Below the pieces are notes generated by a model that was given only the letters and a program-made list of their open reading frames with translations, did no database searches and was not told where the DNA came from. This document shows, one piece after another, positions 8,951 to 16,720 of a DNA stretch of 64,000 nucleotides. Source of the DNA: an uncultured Gemmatimonadales bacterium (GTDB lineage: Bacteria > Gemmatimonadota > Gemmatimonadetes > Longimicrobiales > Gaopeijiaceae); assembly GCA_963809895.1 (NCBI GenBank), contig CAWELD010000010.1:896001-960000 (forward strand). The letters are read 5' to 3'. How positions within the stretch are numbered: position 1 is the stretch's first letter; the number at the start of each line of letters is the position of its first letter. Made by a program: the position numbers and the translations under genes.

Positions 8951-11900
8951 ATGAGGGAGCGGGTGCCGGACATCCTTGCCGCGTTGGCGTCGGGGCAGAT
9001 GGACCGGCGCCGCTTCCTCCAGCTCATGGGCCTGCTGGGGGCCGCCGTCCCCATGGGCGCCTGCTCCGACGACCAAGAGGCGTCCGCCCGCCGGGTGGAG
9101 CTGGGGGGCGACCTCCAGGGTGAGCCTTTCGCGGTGTGGGAAGAGCTCCGCAATGCGCTCCGGCTGAGCCCCGATCATCTGCCGGCCCGCGCAGAGCGTC
9201 TGGTTGGGGCCGGCGATCCCGCGACGATCTTCGAGTTCGTGCGCGACGAGGTCGCGGTGATTCCCGGAAGCCGCGCCAAGATGGGGGTCATGGAGACGCG
9301 CCGCCGCTGGGGGACGCGGGCCACGCTCCGATGTGGAGCGGGAACGGCGCGCGAGAAGGTGGATCTGCTGGCGGAGCTTCTACGCCGGGCCGGTCACGAC
9401 GCCGAGGTCGTGGCGGGGGATCCCGTTCCGAGCGACGACGTTTCGGGCGTCGTGCTCCGGCCCATCGCCAGGCGCTTCGAGCCGCCGGTCTCCAGCGCGC
9501 GGGTGCGCGATTGGTACACACGCCTGGGCTGGACCGAGGGTGGGATCGAGATCCCGGTCATCGACCCGGGTGGAGGTGAGTCGGCTGCCCTCGCGAAGAG
9601 GATTCTCGATGCGCTACCGTCCGACGCCTCGGCGATCGGTTCCTTCGACTGGCGTGGTCACGATGCGCCCCTGGTGCGTATCCACGCTGCCGAAGCCGCC
9701 GGGGCCGACACCTGGGCGGACCCGCTCCGGTCCGCCGCCCGCTACGGCGAGGGACCGGTCGGCGGGCCTGACCGCGTGCGCACTGCCCGCGATGCCGATC
9801 CACTTCTGCCGGCGGAGGTAGTGCTCGAGGCCGCCCCGGCATCGCGACCGGAGGATCGTATGGTGCTGGCGCGGGGGGAGTGGACGGCCGACGACCTCGT
9901 GGGCCGCCAGGTCCTGGTGCAGTTCGTGCCGACCCTGGAGACCGCGCGTCTGGTGACGGCGACGTTCCGTGACGTGCGAGCGTTCGTGCCCACGCTGGCG
10001 GTGCAGGGGCCCGACCTGACCCCGGAGCAGGCTGCAGAATTGTCGGTGAAGGGCGACGCCGTTACCCGTACCGGCGACCGCATTCGCGTTCGTGAAGACG
10101 GCAGTCTGGTGGTGGCGGGCACGTCCCTGTCCGGTCCGGAAGTGGCCGCGGGTCGAGTGACCGAGGTTCTGCTCCACGACGACTTCCTGGATGACACGGC
10201 CGATGGCTCGGCCCGGGGCGAGTTGGGTCGCTGGAGGGTCCGCTCGGGCGAGGTGTCGGTGGAGCAAGGTGCGCTGGAGGGTCCACTCGACGCCCGCGGG
10301 CACTACGTCCGTGTCCCGGTTCGCACCGTCGGCGAGGGACCGCCTGGATTGACCTCACGAGCGCCGCTGAGGCTGGAGCCCGGGACCTATCGGCTCACCT
10401 GTCGCGTGGCCGGCGGCCACCGTGGCGGAGGCGCGGACACCGTCCGGGTGACGCTCGGACACCTGTTCGAGGAGACGTTTCGCTTGCCCGCGAGCGAACC
10501 GTTCCACGACCAGGTCCGAGTCGTCCAGGTAGACCAGGGGGCCACCGCGGACCTGGCGCTGGACTACCTCGGCGGCCCGAGTGGACGGTTCTATCTGGAC
10601 GGCATCGAGCTCGTGAAGCTCAAGGGCGAACCGGCGTCACCGTCGCTGGACCAGGTCGAAGAACTCACGCTCGCCGTCGATCCCTCTGCCTTTCCGGAGC
10701 TGCGGCTCCGTGCCCACGCCCGCGATGCCGACGGAGAGGAGGTGGGAGGGTTGCTGGCTTCGGACTTCCAGCTCGAGGAGGAAAGCCGGCCGGTGGGATT
10801 CACGCTGACGGGGAATCGTCCGGCGCCCCAGGTGCTGATCCTGCACGACACCTCCATGAGCATGCCTGCCGAGTATCGGAACGACGAGCTCTTCCGCTGG
10901 ATGGCCTCGCTCCGACAGGCTGTGGAAGCGGAGTTCCCCGGCGCGCACATCAGCCGGCAGGCCACCGACTCCGACATCTGGGGCTGGCTCCTGCGAGCGG
11001 CGGCCACCGACGCGACGACCATCGTCTACCTGACCGACGGAGACCTCGACGGCGAGGTGCCTGACCAGGCGAGACGCGCTGCGTTGGGCGAGGGTCCGCC
11101 CGCCGTGATGGTGAGCGTCAAGGACGAGACCGGTGGCATCTTCCAGGAGATGGCCGACGCCACCGGCGGCGTGGTCGTCGCCGTGTCGAGTATCGGCGAG
11201 GCCCGCGACGCGCTCCTGGATTTCATCCACCAGCGAGAGCATGCGCCGTATCGCTTCCGCTGCGGAGCGTCCTCCGATGAACCCGGCGACCGCGAGGTCC
11301 TGCTCCGAACTGCGGACGGACGGCTCGAGGCGCGGGCGAGCTATCGGGTGCCCGAGCCCGAGGCGCGGGCCCGGCCGCCGCGGCTGGGCGCACTCTACCT
11401 GACCGTGACGGTCGGTGACCGCACGGTGGAGCGCACGCTGGCCGGGGCCCGTCCCCGACTTGACTGGAGCGCCTTGCCCGTCATACAGGCGGAGATCGAC
11501 GAGGTGCGCGATGCCATGTTCGGTAGCCACTACCTGGCCTTCGAGGCAGCGGGGCCGCCGCTGTCGGTGTGGCTCGACGACTACATCACACAGAAGCTGT
11601 CCCTGTCAGCCATGATGGACGCCGCGGAGTCGGGATCCCGGGGCGAGGTGTTGGAGGCGCTGGGCGAGGGATGCCGTTATGTGCCCGCGGAGCTGTTCCT
11701 GCAGGCCATGGCCGTGCCGTCGATTCCGGTGGACGACGCGCTCACTTTTCCCGACGGCCTCCAGGTGGCACGCTTCTCCATGATGCCGAGGCTGGGCCAG
11801 GCAGAGCGCGTGCACGCTCTGGACGTTCTGCCCACCGCACGCTTCGCGACTGCGGCGGCGGACGAGGAGCGGCGCTTCCGCCTCACCGCGGAGCGCACCG

Positions 11901-12532
11901 CCCGGCGCGCCCTGGCCGAGGCCGCCGTCCACCCGGTGAGCACGTTGTCCGTCTTGAAAGGGTCGACCCTGGCGGCGCTGACCTGGTCGGACCTCCCCGA
12001 CGGCCTGGGCGACGAGCAACGCCAGCGCTGGGAGCACCTGCTCCGGCGACCGGAGGGGCGACGCTACAACGTCGGTCCGCGATCGGCCGCGCCGGTGGCC
12101 TTCTGGACCGTCGACCAGGAGACCGGTGAGGTGCTGGGAATCCTCGGTGACGGCAGCGGTGGAAGCCGAGGCGTCGCGGAGGTGCAGCGCGCACTCGCGG
12201 AGCTGGATCGCGTCATGGGACTCTACAACCTGATGGCCGAAGCTGCCGGGGCGGGGTTCGCGCTGGCGGTCCTGGCGGCCTACGGCCAGACGCTGGCGCA
12301 CCTGTACGGGGCCGTGACGATCACCATCATCACTATGAGCGCCGAGGAGCTCATGCCGACGGTCCGACAGGAGCTCCACAGCTTCGCCTGCAACGTGGCC
12401 GTGAATGCCTTCCTGGCCGGCTTCGGAGCGCTGGGCCGGTCGGCCGACAACGCCACCGGCATCTACGGCAGCGTCGACAACGCACTCACAGTCCTGCTCG
12501 GGAGTGACGCCAACCCCATGCCGTCCTGCTGA
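8951..12532 (+). CDS. Large Tat-exported multidomain lipoprotein (transglutaminase-like N-region, jelly-roll domain, VWA domain, hydrophobic C-terminus)
   Basis: MDRRRFLQ...MGAC; FEFVRDEV..GTRATLRCGAGTAREKVDLLAELLRRAG; LILHDTSMSM...YLTDG MIDAS; 1193-aa uninterrupted ORF. Confidence 0.75.
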   Translation: MRERVPDILAALASGQMDRRRFLQLMGLLGAAVPMGACSDDQEASARRVELGGDLQGEPFAVWEELRNALRLSPDHLPARAERLVGAGDPATIFEFVRDEVAVIPGSRAKMGVMETRRRWGTRATLRCGAGTAREKVDLLAELLRRAGHDAEVVAGDPVPSDDVSGVVLRPIARRFEPPVSSARVRDWYTRLGWTEGGIEIPVIDPGGGESAALAKRILDALPSDASAIGSFDWRGHDAPLVRIHAAEAAGADTWADPLRSAARYGEGPVGGPDRVRTARDADPLLPAEVVLEAAPASRPEDRMVLARGEWTADDLVGRQVLVQFVPTLETARLVTATFRDVRAFVPTLAVQGPDLTPEQAAELSVKGDAVTRTGDRIRVREDGSLVVAGTSLSGPEVAAGRVTEVLLHDDFLDDTADGSARGELGRWRVRSGEVSVEQGALEGPLDARGHYVRVPVRTVGEGPPGLTSRAPLRLEPGTYRLTCRVAGGHRGGGADTVRVTLGHLFEETFRLPASEPFHDQVRVVQVDQGATADLALDYLGGPSGRFYLDGIELVKLKGEPASPSLDQVEELTLAVDPSAFPELRLRAHARDADGEEVGGLLASDFQLEEESRPVGFTLTGNRPAPQVLILHDTSMSMPAEYRNDELFRWMASLRQAVEAEFPGAHISRQATDSDIWGWLLRAAATDATTIVYLTDGDLDGEVPDQARRAALGEGPPAVMVSVKDETGGIFQEMADATGGVVVAVSSIGEARDALLDFIHQREHAPYRFRCGASSDEPGDREVLLRTADGRLEARASYRVPEPEARARPPRLGALYLTVTVGDRTVERTLAGARPRLDWSALPVIQAEIDEVRDAMFGSHYLAFEAAGPPLSVWLDDYITQKLSLSAMMDAAESGSRGEVLEALGEGCRYVPAELFLQAMAVPSIPVDDALTFPDGLQVARFSMMPRLGQAERVHALDVLPTARFATAAADEERRFRLTAERTARRALAEAAVHPVSTLSVLKGSTLAALTWSDLPDGLGDEQRQRWEHLLRRPEGRRYNVGPRSAAPVAFWTVDQETGEVLGILGDGSGGSRGVAEVQRALAELDRVMGLYNLMAEAAGAGFALAVLAAYGQTLAHLYGAVTITIITMSAEELMPTVRQELHSFACNVAVNAFLAGFGALGRSADNATGIYGSVDNALTVLLGSDANPMPSC

Positions 12533-12648
12533 GGGTTGAACCTGCCTGCCACTCCTCTCACGAAACGATGAGGGCCCGTTTCTCGTCTCGCTGAGATAGG
12601 AGCGCGGCGCAACACCGGCCGCGTGGCGTAAATCCGTCGGCGGAGGAG

Positions 12649-12999
12649 ATGAAGACGATGGGCTTGATCATCCATGTCCTGGTCAGCGCAGCTCTGCTCT
12701 GGGCGTTGGGGCAGATGGTGTCCGGCATCGAGGTGCGGGACGGGAAGGCGGCGATCTTCGGCGCCATCATGTTGGGGTTGGCCAATACCTTTGTCCGCCC
12801 GCTCCTGATCATGCTGACGCTTCCCATCACCGTCCTGACGCTGGGTCTGTTCCTCGTGGTGGTAAACGCTCTGGTGCTGATGCTCGCAGCGGCGTTCGTC
12901 GACGGCTTCGAGGTCGAAGGCTTCGGTTCGGCGGTGTGGGGCAGCCTGGTGCTGGCCCTCATGAACCTGCTCGTGGGCAGGCTCTTCGGCATCGGATGA
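12649..12999 (+). CDS. Phage_holin_4_2 / YvlD-family 4-TM membrane protein
   Basis: LANTFVRPLLIMLTLPITVLTLGLFLVVVNALVL..GFEVEGFGSAVWGSLV; GGAGGAG RBS. Confidence 0.9.
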   Translation: MKTMGLIIHVLVSAALLWALGQMVSGIEVRDGKAAIFGAIMLGLANTFVRPLLIMLTLPITVLTLGLFLVVVNALVLMLAAAFVDGFEVEGFGSAVWGSLVLALMNLLVGRLFGIG

Positions 13000-13036
13000 A
13001 GTAGCCGAGGTCTGTCCGGTGCCCGGGGCCCCGTGC

Positions 13037-13474
13037 CTACTGGTCCGCCGGCCTCCGCGACGACGGGTAGTCCACGATGTTCGACCACTCGCTGGCGTCG
13101 GAACGGGCGACGACCGCGACCACGGGCTCTTCGTCGCTGAGGTTCAGCACTTCGTGGGGCACGCCGGGACGGATGTAGATGAAGTCTCCGGGGCCGTTCT
13201 CCATGGACTGGCGGAGGCCGTCGCCGTATTCGTGACGCACGCGGCCCTGGAGGATGAAGAGCATGACCTCGAAGCCGTCGTGGACGTGGGCGTAGGCCAC
13301 TGCGCCCGGCGGGACCGTGGCCACGTTCATGGACAGGCTCGTGGCACCGACGTTCTTCGCCGACATCCCCGTCCGATAGCGGATGCCGTTCCAGCCGCGG
13401 TGGATGTCGGGATTGCGGATGCTGAGGATGCCGCCGCCGTCGTCCAGGCCGGCGGTGAGGTCGTCGTGATCCAT
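13037..13474 (-). CDS. Cupin domain protein
   Basis: VPPGAVAYAHVH..FEVMLFILQG...GPGDFIYIRPGVPH. Confidence 0.85.
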   Translation of the reverse strand: MDHDDLTAGLDDGGGILSIRNPDIHRGWNGIRYRTGMSAKNVGATSLSMNVATVPPGAVAYAHVHDGFEVMLFILQGRVRHEYGDGLRQSMENGPGDFIYIRPGVPHEVLNLSDEEPVVAVVARSDASEWSNIVDYPSSRRPADQ

Positions 13475-13578
13475 GCGAGCCTCGCAGTGGCGATGGGATT
13501 CCCGCGAGCGCCGATCCGGGCCCCGGGGCGGTGGCCCAACTTGCCGGGGACCCGGATGGTGGACAAGCGCGGGGCTCG

Positions 13579-16257
13579 TCACTCCGCGCGTAGCGGAAGC
13601 GCCGGGTTGACCCGTGTGGCCCGACGCGCCGGCACCCACGCGGCGGTCAGCGCGATCAGGGCCAGGGCCAGGGCGGCCAGGGCCAGCGTCGGCGGGTCCG
13701 ATGGCTCGACTCCGAAGAGGATCCCGTCCAGGAGGCCGCCCATGAGGAGTGCGCCCGCCAGACCGAGACCGAGCCCCAATCCCACTGTGCCGGTGGTCTC
13801 ACCCAGGACGAGGCGCAGCACCCGGCCGCCGTCGGCGCCCAGCGCCAGCCGGATACCCAGTTCGCGGGTGCGGCGTCCCACGGTGTAGGCCGTGACCCCG
13901 TAGATACCCACCGCGGCGAGCACCAGCGCCGCCAGGGCGAACGCCGCCACCAGCGACGCCAGCAGGCGGGCGCGGGCCAGCGATCTGGACACGACGGCCT
14001 CCATGGTGCGCACGTTCGCCACGGGCAGGGAGGGGTCGAGCCGCTGAACGACGTCGCGGAGCAGAGAGGTCGCCTCGGCCGGTGCTCCGGCGGTGTGGAT
14101 CACCAGATCCAACGAGCGGACGGGCCCGCCGCCGCCCCAGAACCGGAACTGCGCCTGGGGCAGGTACATCTGCGCCGACGGTCCGTCGTTCAGCGACTGA
14201 TGGGCCACGTCGGGAACGATGCCCACCACGGTGACCCAGCCCGGGGCGGCGCCTCCACCCAGCAGGAAGCGGGCACCCAGGGCGCCGCCGTCGGGCCAGT
14301 AGCGCTGCGCCGTGGTGCGGGAGATGACCACCGCCCCCGGGGCGTCCCGGGCGTCGCGCTCGTCCAGGAGCCGGCCCTGAACGGGGTCGATGCCCAGGGC
14401 AGGGAGGTAGTCGGGTGTGACCACCTGCCAGTCGGCCCGCGGCGACACCTCACCCTCGGCCTCGGGCCGGCCCTCGATGTGGAAGTTCAGGTCACCTAGC
14501 GAGGTGGCCAGCGGAAGGTTGGTGGCTCCTCCGGCGGCGAGCACTTCGGGATAGCCCTCGAGCTCGTCGGTGAGCCGCGTGAAGAAGGCCGTCACCTCGT
14601 CGGCGCCCGGATAGCGCGCCGCGGGTAGGCTCAGCTCCGCCGTGAGGACGTTGGCGGTGCGGTAGCCGGGGTCGGTGTGGATCAGGTCGGCCAACGAGCG
14701 CATGAGCAGGCCGGCGCCGGCCAGGAGCACCAGTGCCGCGGCCAGTTCCGCCACCACCAGGCCTCGGCGCATCCGCTTGCCGGCTCGCCCGCCGGACCCG
14801 CGCCCGCCCGACTCCCGCAGGCGGGCCGACGCAGAGGTCCGGCCCGCGCGCAGGGCGGGGATCAGCCCGCAGGCGATGCCGATGACCGACGCCAGCCCGA
14901 CGCTGAAGAGCAGGGCCGTGGCGTCGACGCGGATGTCCCCCGTGCGGGGCAGATCCGGAGGTCCCAGGGCGAGGAGACCCCGGGTACACAGCATGGCGAG
15001 GGCCGCGCCTCCCAGAGCACCCAACAACGAGAGGGTGAGGCTCTCGGCGAGAAGCTGCCGGACCAAGCGCCCCCGGCCGGCCCCCAGGGCGCTGCGCAAC
15101 GCCAGCTCACTCTCACGCTCCTCGGAGCGGGCCAGGAGCAGGTTCGCGACGTTGGTGCACGCGATCAGGAGGAGGAAGCCCACGGCGCCGACGAGCACCT
15201 CGAGGGTCGGGCGCGAGTCGCCGAGCACGTCCTGGTCGAGACGCAGGACGTGGAGATCGAAGTTCATGTCGGCCGGGTAGTCGTCGGGGTAGTCGCGGAC
15301 CATGGCCTGGGCGGCCTGCCCGATGCGTGTGCCGGCATCCTGGGCGGTCGTTTGCGGTGGCAGACGGCCGACACTCAGGAGGAAGTGGCTGCCGCGGGAC
15401 GTGGTCTCGGCGGGGCTCAGTCCCAGGGGCAGCACGACCTGGGTCCGGGAGGACGACGCGAGGTCCTCGGGGAACACGAGCTCTTCGGACAGCACACCGA
15501 GCACGCGTCGTGACCGTCCGTCGATCTCGATGGTCCGACCCACGATGGAGGGATCGCCCCCGAACCGGCGCATCCAGAGCCCGTGGGACAGGAGGGCCAC
15601 CGCCGCGTCGGTCTCGTCTTCGTCCTGGTTGAACCACCTACCGATGCGGGGCTCGATGCCCAGCGCGGGCAGCACCTGGGCCGTCGCGTAGACGCCCTGC
15701 ACGCGCTCTGGATTCCCCTGGCCGGTGAGCGCAACGTCGTCGTAGGCGTAGGCCCCCAGCGAAGATACGGGCCCGGTCTCACGCAGGTCGAAGTACTCGA
15801 CCGGCGAGAGGCTGGCCTCGGGCGTGCCCTGCCATGAGGGCCGCACCCGGACGAGGCGGGCCGCCTCGGGGTAGGGGAGGGGCCGCAACAGGACGGCCTG
15901 CACGACGCTGAAGATGGCCGTGGTGGCGCCGATACCCAGGGCCAGGGTGAGGAGCGCGACGGTGGCGAACACCGGGCTCCGCCGCAGACCCCGGAGTGCG
16001 CCTCGCACGTCCTTGACCAGGTCTTCGAGTGGGCCGACGCCGCGGGCTTCGCGGACGGCTTCGCGGTGGCGATCGACGCCGCCGAAGCGACGTAGCGCCT
16101 CCCGATGAGCGTCGTCGGGGGACAGGCCGGAACGGCGCAGATCGGCCGCCTCCATGTCCACGTGGAAGCGCATCTCCTCCTCCACCTCGCGATGCGCGCG
16201 CCCCCCCTGGAGGAGCGTCGAGATCCGCCGCCACCACCGCCTCACCCAGCCCATCAT
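13579..16257 (-). CDS. ADOP-type duplicated MacB/FtsX ABC permease with permease prefix domain
   Basis: EEEMRFHVDME..ALRRFGG prefix; TLALGIGATTAIFSVV; LLIACTNVANLLLAR; RTRELGIRLALGA; PARRATRVNP..LRAE. Confidence 0.9.
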   Translation of the reverse strand: MMGWVRRWWRRISTLLQGGRAHREVEEEMRFHVDMEAADLRRSGLSPDDAHREALRRFGGVDRHREAVREARGVGPLEDLVKDVRGALRGLRRSPVFATVALLTLALGIGATTAIFSVVQAVLLRPLPYPEAARLVRVRPSWQGTPEASLSPVEYFDLRETGPVSSLGAYAYDDVALTGQGNPERVQGVYATAQVLPALGIEPRIGRWFNQDEDETDAAVALLSHGLWMRRFGGDPSIVGRTIEIDGRSRRVLGVLSEELVFPEDLASSSRTQVVLPLGLSPAETTSRGSHFLLSVGRLPPQTTAQDAGTRIGQAAQAMVRDYPDDYPADMNFDLHVLRLDQDVLGDSRPTLEVLVGAVGFLLLIACTNVANLLLARSEERESELALRSALGAGRGRLVRQLLAESLTLSLLGALGGAALAMLCTRGLLALGPPDLPRTGDIRVDATALLFSVGLASVIGIACGLIPALRAGRTSASARLRESGGRGSGGRAGKRMRRGLVVAELAAALVLLAGAGLLMRSLADLIHTDPGYRTANVLTAELSLPAARYPGADEVTAFFTRLTDELEGYPEVLAAGGATNLPLATSLGDLNFHIEGRPEAEGEVSPRADWQVVTPDYLPALGIDPVQGRLLDERDARDAPGAVVISRTTAQRYWPDGGALGARFLLGGGAAPGWVTVVGIVPDVAHQSLNDGPSAQMYLPQAQFRFWGGGGPVRSLDLVIHTAGAPAEATSLLRDVVQRLDPSLPVANVRTMEAVVSRSLARARLLASLVAAFALAALVLAAVGIYGVTAYTVGRRTRELGIRLALGADGGRVLRLVLGETTGTVGLGLGLGLAGALLMGGLLDGILFGVEPSDPPTLALAALALALIALTAAWVPARRATRVNPALPLRAE

Positions 16258-16598
16258 CGCCTCCCTCCGGCCCCTGCCAGAACGTGCTCCACGGCCTGCG
16301 AAAACATCTGCCACCCTTTGCGCTCTTCCTCGAAGCGGCTGCGACCCGAGCCGGTCAGCCGGTAGAACTTCGCCCTCCGACCTTCCGGCGAGATCCCCCA
16401 TTGGGCCTCCAGGAGCCCCTGATCGCGAAGCCTGTAGAGCGCCGGATAGAGCGAGCCCTGGTTCACCTCCAGCACGCCGCGAGAAAGCTCGCGGATGCGC
16501 TTGGAGATCCCCCAGCCATGCAGCTCGCTTTCCGCGAGAACGCGCAGAATGAGGAGGTCCAGCGATCCCTGGAGCAGATCTACCGTGTTCCGTGCCAT
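16254..16598 (-). CDS. PadR-family transcriptional regulator (acidobacterial type)
   Basis: LLQGSLDLLILRVL..LHGWGI...VNQGSLYPALYRL...RRAKFYRLT; stop overlaps permease start. Confidence 0.92.
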   Translation of the reverse strand: MARNTVDLLQGSLDLLILRVLAESELHGWGISKRIRELSRGVLEVNQGSLYPALYRLRDQGLLEAQWGISPEGRRAKFYRLTGSGRSRFEEERKGWQMFSQAVEHVLAGAGGRR

Positions 16599-16610
16599 GC
16601 CGTCCTCGTT

Positions 16611-16669
16611 ACCTAGATATTCGACAACACGAGGAGACGATAGGTTGGATTGTTGTCGGATGTCAAGGT
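16611..16669 (-). promoter_or_regulatory. padR promoter (TTGACA-18-TATCGT on minus strand) with inverted-repeat operator
   Basis: 16611-16629 ACCTAGATATTCGACAACA matches the reverse complement of 16651-16669 (ACCTTGACATCCGACAACA) at 16/19; -35 at 16661-16666, -10 at 16637-16642. Confidence 0.65.
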
Positions 16670-16674
16670 ATTGG

Positions 16675-16720
16675 GAGGTTGGAGGCCGGCCCGCTGAGCG
16701 GACCGGCCTCCGGCAACCTC
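16675..16720 (-). terminator. Hairpin at the 3' end of the TonB receptor gene
   Basis: GGAGGCCGG-C-CCGC-TGA-GCGG-A-CCGGCCTCC with flanking GAGGTT/AACCTC; no U-tract. Confidence 0.5.

Noticed and set aside
6278..12999. Two holin-annotated families suggesting a prophage
   Set aside because: No endolysin, structural, integrase or replication genes; both families are common in non-phage contexts
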